Shown: positions 41,424-52,463, numbered from the stretch's first letter. The stretch is 64,000 nucleotides of DNA from Clostridia bacterium (GCA_045589295.1 JAZNOU010000020.1:18719-82718), one strand, 5' to 3'. Numbers and translations are program-made. Notes: generated by a model from the sequence alone, not told the origin.

Positions 41424-42375
41424 TTACCTTACCCCCTGTCTTGGGTTTTCCGTATATTCTGTTTTTTGTGTATGTATCAATAAGCGGAGTTACAATATTC
41501 ATTAAAAGTATCGAGTAACTCACTCCCTCAGGAAGTGCACCAAACATTCTGATAACAACCGTTAATATACCAAGACCTAATGCATAAATAATATGTCCCG
41601 TACCTGACATAGGACTTGTAACATAATCTGTTGCCATAAACACCGCACCAAGCATAAGTCCGCCTGACAAAATATAATAAAGTCCATCACCGCCCAAAAG
41701 TTCAGTAAGTATAAATACAGTTAAAACATATATTGTAGGAATTCTCCATGTAATTACTTTTCGTACAAGAAGATAGATAAATCCTATCAAAATTGCAAGG
41801 CTACTTACTTCGCCGATACAACCGCCTATATTCCCCAAAAACAGTGTGGTATACGAATAAGGCATTTGACCGCTTTCAGCTAAAACTCCTAGAGGGGTTG
41901 CAGTAGAAACCGCATCTGTAAAAAAGGACATTGTAAATTCAGGTGCTGTCCACTCTGTCATTAATACAGGCCAGCACAAAAGCATAAACGCCCTTCCTGC
42001 TAAAGCTGGATTAACAAAGTTATTACCAAGACCACCAAAAAACATTTTAACTACTATTATTGCAAAAGCACTTCCTGTAATTCCAAGCCAGTAAGGTGCA
42101 GAAACAGGCATATTAAAAGCTACCAGCATACCTGTAATAACCGCTGATAAATCGCCTATTGTGCTTGGTATTTTAAAAACTTTTTCCCAAGTCCATTCAA
42201 AAAACACACAAGACAAAACACAAATCAAAGTGTGCATAAGTGCGGGCAATCCAAAAAAATAAACAGATGCCAAAAGTGCAGGGATAAGTGCTATTATAAC
42301 GTCTGCCATAAGTCCTTTTGTTGACTTCGCACTTCTTATGTGAGGTGCATAAGAAACAATTAAATTACTCATCAT
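41416..42375 (-). CDS. rnfD: Rnf complex subunit D
   Basis: FGGLGNNFVNPA, STATPL, FMATDYVT. Confidence 0.95.
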   Translation of the reverse strand: MMSNLIVSYAPHIRSAKSTKGLMADVIIALIPALLASVYFFGLPALMHTLICVLSCVFFEWTWEKVFKIPSTIGDLSAVITGMLVAFNMPVSAPYWLGITGSAFAIIVVKMFFGGLGNNFVNPALAGRAFMLLCWPVLMTEWTAPEFTMSFFTDAVSTATPLGVLAESGQMPYSYTTLFLGNIGGCIGEVSSLAILIGFIYLLVRKVITWRIPTIYVLTVFILTELLGGDGLYYILSGGLMLGAVFMATDYVTSPMSGTGHIIYALGLGILTVVIRMFGALPEGVSYSILLMNIVTPLIDTYTKNRIYGKPKTGGKVNG

Positions 42376-42394
42376 TACTCTCCGTTTCTCAAAA

Positions 42395-43735
42395 TCAGCT
42401 GTTTTTTACCAAAGCCTTAGCCTTTTTTATATGCTGTACCATAAATCTTCTCTGTGGACAGATAAACGAACAAGAGCCGCATTCCATACAATCTAAAACG
42501 TGATAGCTTTTGAGTTTTTCAACATCCTCATTTTCGGAAAACATGCTAAGTGCATTAGGCATAAGCCTCATAGGACATACATCAACACATTTTCCGCATT
42601 TAATGCAAATTCCCTCTTCTTTTCCAAACGTTTCGGGCTGAGAAAATGCCAAAACTCCCGAAACACCTTTTATAACAGGCATGCTTAAAGATGTCTGCGG
42701 AATACCCATCATAGGTCCGCCCATAATAATTTTCCTAGGTTCTACTTTAAATCCGCCTGCCGCTTCAAAAAGGCTTTCAAAGGTAACGCCCATTCTTACC
42801 AAAAAGTTTGATGGTCGGCTTACTGCATCGCCTGAAACAGTTATGTTTCTTTGAATGAGCGGCATATTCATAACAACAGCCTTAGAAACCGAACACGCCG
42901 TATCAACATTGGATACTAAAACCCCAACCGCAGACGGAAGTGCACCTGACGGAACCTGTCGGTTAGTAACAGCATTTATAATCTGCTTTTCACTACCCTG
43001 AGGATATTTGGTCTTTAAAACACCTATTTCAACTAAGTTATAATCTGCAGCTACCTGTTCAAGCACTGCAATCGCATCAGGTTTGTTGTTTTCAATTGCT
43101 ATAACAACTCTTTTTGCACCAACTGCTTTTTTTATAAGGAGTGCACCAATTACGATCTGGCGAGGATTTTCAAGCATTGCTCTGTGATCGGACGTGAGAT
43201 AAGGCTCGCACTCTGCTCCATTTAAAATAACTGTATCAATCGGAGTTTCCTTTGGCGGCATCAATTTAACATGAAGTGGAAATGCCGCGCCTCCCATACC
43301 TACAATACCGGCTTCTCTTACTTTAGCCACAATTTCTTCAGGTTTTATATCATCAATAAATTTATGTACACTCTGAGGACTTACATCTAAATTCCATGGT
43401 TTTATCGAAGGATGAAGTGTATCTTTAAAATCATTTTGAATAACAACACAGTTTGCTTCCCCTCCACCTGGATGAGGATAAGTTTTTATGTCAATTACGG
43501 TGCCTGAAACCGAGCTGTGCACAGGTGCGCATACAAGCACATCGCTATCACCCACTTTTTGTCCCATTAAAACATCATCACCGACACTCACAACAGGTTC
43601 ACATGGTGTTCCAATATGCTGACGCATAGGAATTATGATGGTTTCTGTTGGAATATGAGGAACGACAGGAACACTCTTTGTCAGTTCTTTGTTGTCATTA
43701 GGATGTATTCCACCCTTAAAGGTTTTTAATTTCAC
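42395..43735 (-). CDS. rnfC: Rnf complex subunit C
   Basis: GGIHP, GMGGAAFP, NGAECEP, YPQGSE, GGPMMG, two Fe-S motifs. Confidence 0.96.
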   Translation of the reverse strand: MKLKTFKGGIHPNDNKELTKSVPVVPHIPTETIIIPMRQHIGTPCEPVVSVGDDVLMGQKVGDSDVLVCAPVHSSVSGTVIDIKTYPHPGGGEANCVVIQNDFKDTLHPSIKPWNLDVSPQSVHKFIDDIKPEEIVAKVREAGIVGMGGAAFPLHVKLMPPKETPIDTVILNGAECEPYLTSDHRAMLENPRQIVIGALLIKKAVGAKRVVIAIENNKPDAIAVLEQVAADYNLVEIGVLKTKYPQGSEKQIINAVTNRQVPSGALPSAVGVLVSNVDTACSVSKAVVMNMPLIQRNITVSGDAVSRPSNFLVRMGVTFESLFEAAGGFKVEPRKIIMGGPMMGIPQTSLSMPVIKGVSGVLAFSQPETFGKEEGICIKCGKCVDVCPMRLMPNALSMFSENEDVEKLKSYHVLDCMECGSCSFICPQRRFMVQHIKKAKALVKNS

Positions 43736-43889
43736 GCTACCACTCCGTTCTTAACTTGCGTAAAAGTTAAAACATTCTTATTTATATATATTCCTACTGT
43801 TTTATTATACCATATAAATATCACTAATACAATAACTATTATAAAAAAAGATAAAAGATGCATCTATATTAAAATGCATCTTTACACTG

Positions 43890-45701
43890 CTATTTAAGTG
43901 TTCTTATTGAGTTGAAAATTGCAACAACAGATACACCGACATCAGCAAACACCGCCGCCCACATTCCCGCAAGCCCTGATGCACCCAAAATCATAACCAT
44001 AAATTTTACTGAAAGCGCAAAAATAATGTTGATTATCACAATTTTTATAGTTTTTCTTGAAAGTTTAATTGCTTCGGCAATTTTTAAAGGGTTATCCTCC
44101 ATAAGCACAACATCTGCCGCTTCCATTGCCGCATCAGTTCCGTTTAATCCCATACCTACACCAACATCAGCCCTCATTAAAACAGGGGCATCGTTTATCC
44201 CATCGCCTGCATAAAGGGTACAGCCTTTCGACATAATTTCTTCGAGTTTTTTTATCTTATCTTCGGGAAGTAAACCAAAATGCACTTCATCTACCCCAAC
44301 ATCGCGTGCAACTTTAATTGCTGATTTTTCTCTGTCTCCTGTAAGCATAGCTGTCTTTGTTATGCCAATACTTTTAAGTCTGTCCAGAGCACCTCTCGCA
44401 TCTTTTTTAATTACATCCGAAATTACAATATACCCTAAGTATTTATCGTCAAATGATATGTGCACCACTGTACCAAAATCCTGGGCATCATCAACGTCTA
44501 TTCCTGCCATTTTCATAAGCTTTGAATTGCCCGCATATATCTTACCGTCGCTTGTGCTTGAAATCACCCCAAGACCTGCAATTTCATCACACTTTTTCAC
44601 AAAAGATATATCTATTTCCTTGTTGTATGCTTTTTTTAATGAAACCGCTATAGGATGACCTGAAAAGCTTTCAGCAACCGCAGCATATTCCAAAAGCTTA
44701 TTACTATCTGTACCAACAGCATTAATCTGGATTATTTTGAAAACTCCTTCGGTAAGGGTACCAGTCTTGTCAAAAACTGCATTTTTAACTTTTGCAAGAG
44801 TTTCTATAACGCCGCCACCTTTAATAAGTATACCTTTTTTTGACGCCCCACCTACTGCGCTAAAAAACGCAAGTGGAACGGATATGGCAAGTGCACACGG
44901 GCACGAAACCACCAAAAACAAAAGCCCTCTTTTAACCCATACATAAACAGACTGCCCTAAAAGCACAGGAATTACTGCAATCAAAATTGCACAAAGCACC
45001 ACCAAAGGCGTGTAGTATTTTGCAAACTTTGTTATAAACTTTTCATGCACCGCCTTTTTACTTGCAGCAATTTCAACAAGCTCTAAAATTTTAGCAGCCG
45101 TCGATTGACCAAAACTTTTTGTTGTTCTTACTTTTATAACACCACTTAAATTAATACACCCGCTCAAAACATCGTCGCCCTCGCACAAAGCAACAGGAGC
45201 AGGTTCACCTGTTATGGCTTTTGTATCGACAGTTGTCTTGCCTGACACAACCACTCCATCAAGCGGAATTTTCTCACCTGGTTTTATTACTAAAACATCA
45301 CCGACATTTACCTCTTCAGGTGATAGCATAACAACACTTCCGTTTTCCACTTTATTTGCATAGTCAGGTCTTAAACCCATAAGTTTCAAAACTTCTTTTC
45401 TCGATTTCGTGACTGCATATTTTTCAAAAAGTTCTCCTACTCCGTAAAATAAAACAACAGCAACCGCTTCGGTATATTCTTTAAGGCAAATTGCACCTAT
45501 CGATGCAGCAATCATCAAAAAATTTTCATCTAAAATATTACCACTAAAAATATTTTTTATCGCTTTGAACAAAACAGGATAACCTATAACCAAATAAGAA
45601 AGCAAGTACAAGAAAATTTTAATATTTCTTTGGAATACAAACATTGCAAAAATCCATACTGCCGTTCCAACGCCCAACCTTAAAATGCTCTTTTTATTCA
45701 T
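43890..45701 (-). CDS. cadA: Heavy-metal (Cd/Zn/Co) P1B-type ATPase
   Basis: TGE, SCPC, DKTGT, HP, GDGINDAP. Confidence 0.92.
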   Translation of the reverse strand: MNKKSILRLGVGTAVWIFAMFVFQRNIKIFLYLLSYLVIGYPVLFKAIKNIFSGNILDENFLMIAASIGAICLKEYTEAVAVVLFYGVGELFEKYAVTKSRKEVLKLMGLRPDYANKVENGSVVMLSPEEVNVGDVLVIKPGEKIPLDGVVVSGKTTVDTKAITGEPAPVALCEGDDVLSGCINLSGVIKVRTTKSFGQSTAAKILELVEIAASKKAVHEKFITKFAKYYTPLVVLCAILIAVIPVLLGQSVYVWVKRGLLFLVVSCPCALAISVPLAFFSAVGGASKKGILIKGGGVIETLAKVKNAVFDKTGTLTEGVFKIIQINAVGTDSNKLLEYAAVAESFSGHPIAVSLKKAYNKEIDISFVKKCDEIAGLGVISSTSDGKIYAGNSKLMKMAGIDVDDAQDFGTVVHISFDDKYLGYIVISDVIKKDARGALDRLKSIGITKTAMLTGDREKSAIKVARDVGVDEVHFGLLPEDKIKKLEEIMSKGCTLYAGDGINDAPVLMRADVGVGMGLNGTDAAMEAADVVLMEDNPLKIAEAIKLSRKTIKIVIINIIFALSVKFMVMILGASGLAGMWAAVFADVGVSVVAIFNSIRTLK

Positions 45702-45705
45702 ACAA

Positions 45706-45924
45706 CTACACCTTTAACTTACAATCAGGCTCAACTTTTTTGCATATTTTTTTAATTTCCTCAACATTACTGTCAATGTCTTCGCTTGCAAAGTCAACCA
45801 CAATGCTCTGCATCATAAAATTAACGCAAGCATCATTAACACCTGCTAATTTTTTTACCATTCTTTCAATTTTTGCGCCACAATTTGCACAATCCAAATT
45901 TTCAAGTTTAAATTTTTTAATCAT
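45706..45924 (-). CDS. Stand-alone heavy-metal-associated (HMA) domain protein
   Basis: LENLDCANC; ATG overlaps ArsR stop. Confidence 0.85.
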   Translation of the reverse strand: MIKKFKLENLDCANCGAKIERMVKKLAGVNDACVNFMMQSIVVDFASEDIDSNVEEIKKICKKVEPDCKLKV

Positions 45925-46285
45925 TTTCACACTTCCCTTTAATATGTTCCATTCCTTGAGAAAAAATAGAATAAATATGGCTGTCACACAGTGAGTAAAA
46001 TACCGTTTTGCCATCTTTTTTAAACTTCACAAGTTTGTTTTGCTTTAAAACTTTAAGCTGATGAGATATAGCAGAATGAGTCATATTAAGAAGTTGTGCA
46101 ATATCACACACGCACATTTCCGACTCAAACAAAACATTTAAAATTTTAATTCTTGTTGTATCTCCAAACACCTTAAAAAATTCTGCCAGGTCATACAACA
46201 CCTCATCATCAGGCATTTTGTTTTTAACTTTTTCCACTATTTCAGGATGGACGTGATTAAACTCACAAAATTTTATTTCATCCAA
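45917..46285 (-). CDS. ArsR/SmtB-family metal-sensing repressor
   Basis: FKVFGDTTRIKI, EMCVCDIA, SAISHQL, GMEH. Confidence 0.93.
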   Translation of the reverse strand: MDEIKFCEFNHVHPEIVEKVKNKMPDDEVLYDLAEFFKVFGDTTRIKILNVLFESEMCVCDIAQLLNMTHSAISHQLKVLKQNKLVKFKKDGKTVFYSLCDSHIYSIFSQGMEHIKGKCEND

Positions 46286-46299
46286 AATCTACACCTCTT

Positions 46300-46354
46300 T
46301 ATATATGAATAATTGTTCATATATAATTATATATTTTGCTTGCCTTTTTGTCAA
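46300..46354 (-). promoter_or_regulatory. SigA promoter plus SmtB/CadC-type operator
   Basis: TTGACA-N17-TATAAT (46354-46326); inverted repeat TATATATGAA-TAATTG-TTCATATATA (46300-46325). Confidence 0.85.
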
Positions 46355-46372
46355 CCCTTAAAAAAATAATAT

Positions 46373-46399
46373 AAAAAACGCGGGCAATGCCCGCGTTTT
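46373..46399 (-). terminator. Intrinsic terminator
   Basis: AAAACGCGGGCA-A-TGCCCGCGTTTT. Confidence 0.8.
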
Positions 46400-46404
46400 A
46401 AGCT

Positions 46405-46632
46405 TTAATATCTGCAGCTGCACCACTTTAATATCAGGAATATTATAAGAAGTAACAACAAAATTGCTCCGGCAGCAATTAAGACTGTAAGCGCTTCAAC
46501 AAAGGTTGTTACAAACACAACACCAAGTATCAACCCAATTGTGAAAAGCAAAAGTGCCGCAAGAAGTGCTATTACAATATCAAGGCAGCAGAGCGAGCTG
46601 CAGCATCTTGAACCTAATCTATTTTCATTCAT
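46405..46632 (-). CDS. Small Cys-rich two-TM membrane protein
   Basis: RBS GAGGGAG, own terminator, CC..CC / CSC flanks. Confidence 0.75.
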   Translation of the reverse strand: MNENRLGSRCCSSLCCLDIVIALLAALLLFTIGLILGVVFVTTFVEALTVLIAAGAILLLLLIIFLILKWCSCRY

Positions 46633-46719
46633 AAAAAACTGCTCCCTCTATACATAATGGAAGTTTATTTTCATAAACCACACTACATATTATGAGAAAG
46701 CAGTAAATTTTGCTACAAA

Positions 46720-47850
46720 TTAATCACCGAAACAAATTCCCATTGCTCTTGCAACCTGAATAAGTTCTGAATCAGGGTTAACATTTTTTGTTTTTTGTCC
46801 AATAACATCTTCTAACGAAGCATAAACAATCTTGTCCCCATTTAAAGTTACCATGTTACCGAATTTACCCTGCATTGCAATTTCAACAGCAGCGTATCCG
46901 TATCTTGTAGATAAAACTCTGTCGTGACCTGTTGGTGTTCCACCTCTTTGGATATGTCCTAAGATAGTTGAACGAGCTTCGATTTCGTAATCAGAAAGAG
47001 CATATTCAATCTCTTTTGCAACAGCCTTTGCAATACCACCAAGTCTTATAGCATCAGGGCTTGTTTCTACGATTTCATTAACAAACTGGCCACCACCTAT
47101 AGGCTTAGCACCTTCGGCTGCTGCAACTATTGTAAAGTCTTTGCCGTTTTCAATATCCTTTTTAATTTTTGCAATAACCTTGTTAATGTCATAAGGAATT
47201 TCAGGAATTAAAATGACATCTGCTGCACCTGCGATACCGCCGTGAAGTGTAAGCCATCCTGCTCCTCTGCCCATAATTTCTGCAACCATAACTCTATGAT
47301 GTGATTTTCCTGTTGTTCTGATTCTGTCAAGCGAATCTGTAATTACACCAATTGCAGTATCAAAGCCAAATGTGTAGTCTGTACATGCAAGGTCATTGTC
47401 AATAGTTTTTGGAATACCAATAACATTAACACCTTTTCTTGCAAAATCTCTTCCTGATGTAAGAGTGCCATCACCGCCTAAAATAAACAACGCATCAATA
47501 CCAGCTTCTTTTAAATTTGCAACTGCAATATCAGACACATCATGATATTTGATAGAACCGTCTTCATTTCTTACAATTTTGTTATTTTTATCTCTAACAG
47601 GATATTTAAACAAATTATCTTTATTTGAGCTTCCTAAGATTGTTCCGCCTTCATTAATAATTTCTTCAACAGCACTAAGATCTAATACAACAAAATCTTT
47701 ATGATAAAGTCCGTGGTAACCATTTTTTATTCCCACAACTTCAAGTCCATATTTTTCAACAGCTGTTTTTACTACTGCTCTTATAACAGGGTTAAGTCCG
47801 GGGCAATCTCCTCCGCCGGTTAATATTGCAATTTTTTTAATTTCTGACAT
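46720..47850 (-). CDS. pfkA: 6-phosphofructokinase
   Basis: TGGGDCPGLN, GGDGT, PKTIDND, EIMGR, LGHIQRGG. Confidence 0.95.
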   Translation of the reverse strand: MSEIKKIAILTGGGDCPGLNPVIRAVVKTAVEKYGLEVVGIKNGYHGLYHKDFVVLDLSAVEEIINEGGTILGSSNKDNLFKYPVRDKNNKIVRNEDGSIKYHDVSDIAVANLKEAGIDALFILGGDGTLTSGRDFARKGVNVIGIPKTIDNDLACTDYTFGFDTAIGVITDSLDRIRTTGKSHHRVMVAEIMGRGAGWLTLHGGIAGAADVILIPEIPYDINKVIAKIKKDIENGKDFTIVAAAEGAKPIGGGQFVNEIVETSPDAIRLGGIAKAVAKEIEYALSDYEIEARSTILGHIQRGGTPTGHDRVLSTRYGYAAVEIAMQGKFGNMVTLNGDKIVYASLEDVIGQKTKNVNPDSELIQVARAMGICFGD

Positions 47851-48104
47851 AATTTTACATTCCTTCCATATAAACAAAAGCCTAAGCTTTATATTAGCTA
47901 TGTATTCATTTAAACACAATACGTTACTATTCTACAATAAATAGTAAAAAATATCAAGACCTAAATTGCATATTTTAAAAGTTTTTTAGCAAAAATAATA
48001 ATAAATTTTGCTTCAAATACAATAAATTAAAATAAATTTACTGTATTTTATGCCATTTTTGGTTTAAAAAGCAAAAAATATAGTTGTATAGGAGATGTAT
48101 TTTT

Positions 48105-48332
48105 ATGCATAAAGGTGTAATTCCCTCGCTTGCAGGAGTTGTTGTTTTAACAGGCGGTCTTATGTTGAAAACCAAAGCTCCGCTTTTAGGTGCAGGTCTT
48201 ATAGGATACGGTCTTGCCCACATAGTTTTAGGCAGCACAGAATACGTTCAGGAAGAAAAAATGTATGGTGAAACCTATTGTGGCGTTCCGATAGGAAAAA
48301 TCAAAAAGAAAATCGCTGATACAATATTATAA
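48105..48332 (+). CDS. Small hydrophobic conserved-hypothetical protein
   Basis: AGGAG RBS; GLIGYGLAHIVLG motif; downstream terminator. Confidence 0.7.
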   Translation: MHKGVIPSLAGVVVLTGGLMLKTKAPLLGAGLIGYGLAHIVLGSTEYVQEEKMYGETYCGVPIGKIKKKIADTIL

Positions 48333-48337
48333 TACCC

Positions 48338-48371
48338 ATAAAATATCCGCTTTAAAAGGCGGATATTTTAT
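48338..48371 (+). terminator. Intrinsic terminator
   Basis: ATAAAATATCCGC-TTTAAAAG-GCGGATATTTTAT. Confidence 0.8.
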
Positions 48372-48400
48372 TTGACAAAACAAAACAGTGGTAGTATAAT
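48372..48400 (+). promoter_or_regulatory. Consensus SigA promoter of aroF-tyrA
   Basis: TTGACA-N17-TATAAT. Confidence 0.8.
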
Positions 48401-48433
48401 TACTTAATAAATATTTGTAAAGGGGGAATAAAA

Positions 48434-49435
48434 ATGATAGTTGTTTTAAAAGAAAACGCACCCAAAGAAAATATAGACAATTTAACTTCCTGGCTTAACG
48501 AACAAGGAATAAAAGTCCACGTTTCTGAAGGTCACTATCAAACCGTTTTGGGTCTTATAGGTAACACAGTAGGTATAGACGAGCAGTTTTTGGAAAGCCT
48601 TGATATCATTTCCTCTGTAAAAAGAATAAGTGAGCCTTTTAAAAATGCAAACAGGAAATTTCACCCAGATGACACAATAGTAGATGTAGCCGGAGTTAAA
48701 ATAGGTGGAGGTCATTTCCAGTTTATTGCAGGGCCTTGTTCTATTGAGAGCCCCGAACAAATTACCGACATTGCAAATGCTATTGCAAAAAGTGGTGCCG
48801 GAATTTTAAGAGGCGGCGCATTCAAACCAAGAACATCACCATATGCCTTTCAGGGACTTAGAGGTGATGGAATTGAGCTTTTGTACCACGCAAAAAAAGC
48901 AACAGGCCTTCCAATAATCACAGAAATCATGGATGCTATGCACCTTCCGCTTTTTGAAAACGTTGATATTATACAGGTTGGCGCAAGAAATATGCAAAAT
49001 TTTGAACTTTTAAAGGAGCTTGGTAAAACTAAAAAACCTGTTCTTTTAAAAAGAGGCCTTGCAAACACAATCCAAGAATTTTTAATGAGTGCTGAATATA
49101 TAATGGCAGGCGGAAATGAAAATGTTATTCTTTGCGAACGTGGAATACGCACATTTGAAACTGCAACAAGAAACACATTGGACTTATCCGCTATTCCTGT
49201 TTTAAAAGAACTCAGCCACTTACCTGTTGTTGTTGATCCAAGTCACGCATGCGGAATTTCAAGATATGTAAAAACACTTTCTTTAGCGGCAGTTGCAGCT
49301 GGTGCAGACGGTCTTATGATAGAAGTCCACAACAACCCATCAAAAGCTCTTTGTGACGGACCTCAATCCCTTACTCCTGAGCAGTTTGAAGATTTGTGCT
49401 TTTCCGTTAACAAAGTCAGGGAGGCTATAAAATGA
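48434..49435 (+). CDS. aroF: DAHP synthase type I-beta with N-terminal regulatory domain
   Basis: IAGPCSIE, GGAFKPRTSPY, IQVGARNMQN, DPSH. Confidence 0.95.
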   Translation: MIVVLKENAPKENIDNLTSWLNEQGIKVHVSEGHYQTVLGLIGNTVGIDEQFLESLDIISSVKRISEPFKNANRKFHPDDTIVDVAGVKIGGGHFQFIAGPCSIESPEQITDIANAIAKSGAGILRGGAFKPRTSPYAFQGLRGDGIELLYHAKKATGLPIITEIMDAMHLPLFENVDIIQVGARNMQNFELLKELGKTKKPVLLKRGLANTIQEFLMSAEYIMAGGNENVILCERGIRTFETATRNTLDLSAIPVLKELSHLPVVVDPSHACGISRYVKTLSLAAVAAGADGLMIEVHNNPSKALCDGPQSLTPEQFEDLCFSVNKVREAIK

Positions 49436-50268
49436 CAGTTGGAATTGTTGGCTTAGGTCTTATCGGAGGTTCTCTTGCAAAAACGTTTAAATTCAGAACC
49501 GATTACAAGGTGTTAGGATTTGATTCTGACGACCTTACTATAAAAAGAGCTGAGCTTATTTATGCTATAGACGGAGTTCTTGACAGCCAGAACATCAAAG
49601 AGTGTGATTATTTGTTTTTGGCCATGTATCCCGAAATCTGCATAAAATATCTTGAGCAAAACGGCAATATCATCAATAAGGATACTGTTGTAATAGATTG
49701 TTGTGGTGTAAAAGAAGCGATTTGCAAACAAGGTTTTGAGCTTGCAAACAAACACGGCTTTACTTTTGTAGGCGGTCACCCTATGGCAGGAACACAGTTT
49801 TCAGGATTTACACACGCCTCTCACACAATGTTTTCAGGTGCATCAATGGTGCTTGTTCCGGAACATAATAACGATATAAAATTTATGGCAAAACTCCGTA
49901 CTTTGTTTTTAGAACTTGGGTTTAAAAATGTAACCTTTTCAACAGCATCAAAACACGACGAACTTATCGCCTTCACATCACAGCTTGCACACATTGTTTC
50001 AAATGCTTATGTTAAAAGTCCTACTGCAAAATCACACAAAGGTTTTTCTGCAGGGTCATACAAGGATCTTACAAGAGTTGCACACCTTAATGCAAAAATG
50101 TGGGCAGATCTTTTTTCCAAAAACAAAGACCATCTCGTTTTTGAAATAGACAACATAATTTCAGAACTTTCAAAATACAAGGATGCCTTAAATAGCAATA
50201 ACACAGACCTTCTTGAAAATTTACTCAAACAAGGCTCTGATTTAAAAGACGAAATTGACAAGGACTGA
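49432..50268 (+). CDS. tyrA: Prephenate dehydrogenase
   Basis: GLGLIGGS, GGHPMAG, HD...SQLAH, DLTRVA. Confidence 0.92.
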   Translation: MTVGIVGLGLIGGSLAKTFKFRTDYKVLGFDSDDLTIKRAELIYAIDGVLDSQNIKECDYLFLAMYPEICIKYLEQNGNIINKDTVVIDCCGVKEAICKQGFELANKHGFTFVGGHPMAGTQFSGFTHASHTMFSGASMVLVPEHNNDIKFMAKLRTLFLELGFKNVTFSTASKHDELIAFTSQLAHIVSNAYVKSPTAKSHKGFSAGSYKDLTRVAHLNAKMWADLFSKNKDHLVFEIDNIISELSKYKDALNSNNTDLLENLLKQGSDLKDEIDKD

Positions 50269-50363
50269 CTATTTTCAACTTTTTTATTTAGCCTATTTAC
50301 TTACTTGAAAATTTGTGGTATAATTACTTAAAGAACATTTATTATTTAGAAAGAGGGAAACAA

Positions 50364-52463
50364 ATGTACGTTAACACAGAATATTGGGCCGGATTTGAAC
50401 ACGGAACATGGACAAAAGAAATTAATGTAAGAAGCTTTATAAAGCACAACTTTACACCATACGACGGTGATGAAAGCTTCTTGGAAGAACCTACACAGGA
50501 TACTTTGGACTTGTGGGATCAGGTAATAGAACTTACAAACCAAGAAAGAGAAGCTGGTGGAGTTTTAGACATGGACACTGACGTTATTTCGACAATAACT
50601 TCTCATGGCCCTGGCTATCTTGACAAAAACAAAGAAAAAATCGTAGGTTTCCAGACAGACAAGCCTTTCAAGCGTGCACTTATGCCTTATGGCGGAATAC
50701 GTATGGCAGAGAAAGCTTGCGCAGACAACGGATACGAAATAAACCCTGAAATCAAAGATTTCTTCACGGTTCACAGAAAAACACACAATGCAGGTGTTTT
50801 TGATGCTTATACTCCAGAAATGCGCGCTTGCCGTTCAAGTCATATTATCACAGGTCTTCCTGACGCTTACGGAAGAGGAAGAATTATCGGTGACTACAGA
50901 AGAGTTGCACTTTACGGCGTTGATATGCTTATTAAAGATAAAATGGAGCAAAAGGAAACAACACGTTCTGCAATGTATTCTGCAGTAATCAGAATTAGAG
51001 AAGAACTTTCAGAACAGCTCCGTGCTTTAGAAGATTTGAAAGCTATGGCACAAAGCTATGGTTTTGATATTTCAAAACCTGCAAGAAACACAAAAGAAGC
51101 AATCCAGTGGCTCTATTTCGGATATTTAGCGGCAGTTAAAGAACAAAATGGTGCTGCAATGTCACTTGGCAGAACTTCAACATTCTTAGATATTTATTCA
51201 CAGAGAGATTTGCAAAACGGCGTATTTACAGAAAATGAAATTCAGGAAATGATTGACCATTTCATTATGAAACTCCGTCTTATTAAGTTTGCACGTACTC
51301 CTGAGTACAATTCACTGTTCTCAGGTGACCCACAGTGGGTTACAGAGTCAATCGGCGGTATTGCTATCGACGGCAGACACATGGTTACAAAAATGTCTTA
51401 CCGCTACTTGCACACTCTCAAAAACCTTGGTCCTGCACCTGAACCAAACTTAACAGTTTTGTGGTCTACAAGACTTCCTGAAAACTTTAAAAAGTTCTGT
51501 GCTAAACTTTCAATTGAAACTTCTTCAATTCAATATGAAAATGACGACCTTATGAGATTCCATCACGGCGACGATTATGCAATCGCTTGTTGCGTATCTT
51601 CTATGAAAGTCGGCAAAGAAATGCAGTTCTTTGGTGCAAGAGCAAACCTTGCAAAATGTCTTTTGTATGCTATCAACGGTGGTGTGGATGAAATTTCAGG
51701 AAAACAGATTGCACCAAAATATCGTCCTATCACCTCTGAATATCTTGACTTTGACGAAGTTATGGAAAAGTATGACGAAATGATGAGATGGCTTGCTGGT
51801 GTTTATGTAAACACTCTTAACATCATTCATTATATGCATGATAAATATTGCTACGAAAAAATACAGATGGCGCTCCACGATAAAAATGTAACACGTTGGT
51901 TTGCAACTGGAATAGCAGGTCTTTCTGTTGTAGCTGACTCATTGTCTGCAATTAAATACGCAAAGGTAAAAGTTATCCGTAATGAAGATGGTCTTGCTAC
52001 CGATTATGAGGTTGAAGGCGATTTCCCTAAATACGGAAATGATGATGACAGAGTTGATACAATAGCTTATGACATTGTTCACAGATTTATGGAACATGTT
52101 AGAAAGAACCATACATACCGCAACAGTATTCCTACAACATCAATCCTTACAATTACATCTAATGTTGTATACGGTAAAAACACCGGTGCAACACCTGACG
52201 GACGTAAAAAAGGTGAAGCGTTTGCACCAGGTGCAAACCCAATGCACAGACGTGACACTCACGGTGCGGTAGCATCACTTTCAACTGTTTCAAAACTTCC
52301 GTTCATTGATGCACAAGACGGAATTTCAAATACATTCTCAATCATTCCTGGTGCACTTGGTAAAGATGACAGAATTTTTGCAGGTGACCTTGAAGTAGAT
52401 TTAGACTGTTCAAATGGTGCTTGTTCTTCACCTACACTTTTTGAAGGACTTGACAGAGAATAG
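50364..52463 (+). CDS. pflB: Pyruvate formate-lyase catalytic barrel lacking the glycyl-radical domain
   Basis: [23 protein letters not shown] (catalytic Cys pair), [17 protein letters not shown]; ends before RVSGY. Confidence 0.92.
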   Translation: MYVNTEYWAGFEHGTWTKEINVRSFIKHNFTPYDGDESFLEEPTQDTLDLWDQVIELTNQEREAGGVLDMDTDVISTITSHGPGYLDKNKEKIVGFQTDKPFKRALMPYGGIRMAEKACADNGYEINPEIKDFFTVHRKTHNAGVFDAYTPEMRACRSSHIITGLPDAYGRGRIIGDYRRVALYGVDMLIKDKMEQKETTRSAMYSAVIRIREELSEQLRALEDLKAMAQSYGFDISKPARNTKEAIQWLYFGYLAAVKEQNGAAMSLGRTSTFLDIYSQRDLQNGVFTENEIQEMIDHFIMKLRLIKFARTPEYNSLFSGDPQWVTESIGGIAIDGRHMVTKMSYRYLHTLKNLGPAPEPNLTVLWSTRLPENFKKFCAKLSIETSSIQYENDDLMRFHHGDDYAIACCVSSMKVGKEMQFFGARANLAKCLLYAINGGVDEISGKQIAPKYRPITSEYLDFDEVMEKYDEMMRWLAGVYVNTLNIIHYMHDKYCYEKIQMALHDKNVTRWFATGIAGLSVVADSLSAIKYAKVKVIRNEDGLATDYEVEGDFPKYGNDDDRVDTIAYDIVHRFMEHVRKNHTYRNSIPTTSILTITSNVVYGKNTGATPDGRKKGEAFAPGANPMHRRDTHGAVASLSTVSKLPFIDAQDGISNTFSIIPGALGKDDRIFAGDLEVDLDCSNGACSSPTLFEGLDRE

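Noticed and set aside
43751-43770. Inverted repeat TTAACTT-N6-AAGTTAA upstream of rnfC as a Rex box
   Set aside because: Does not match the TTGTGAA-N4-TTCACAA consensus; short AT-rich dyads arise by chance.
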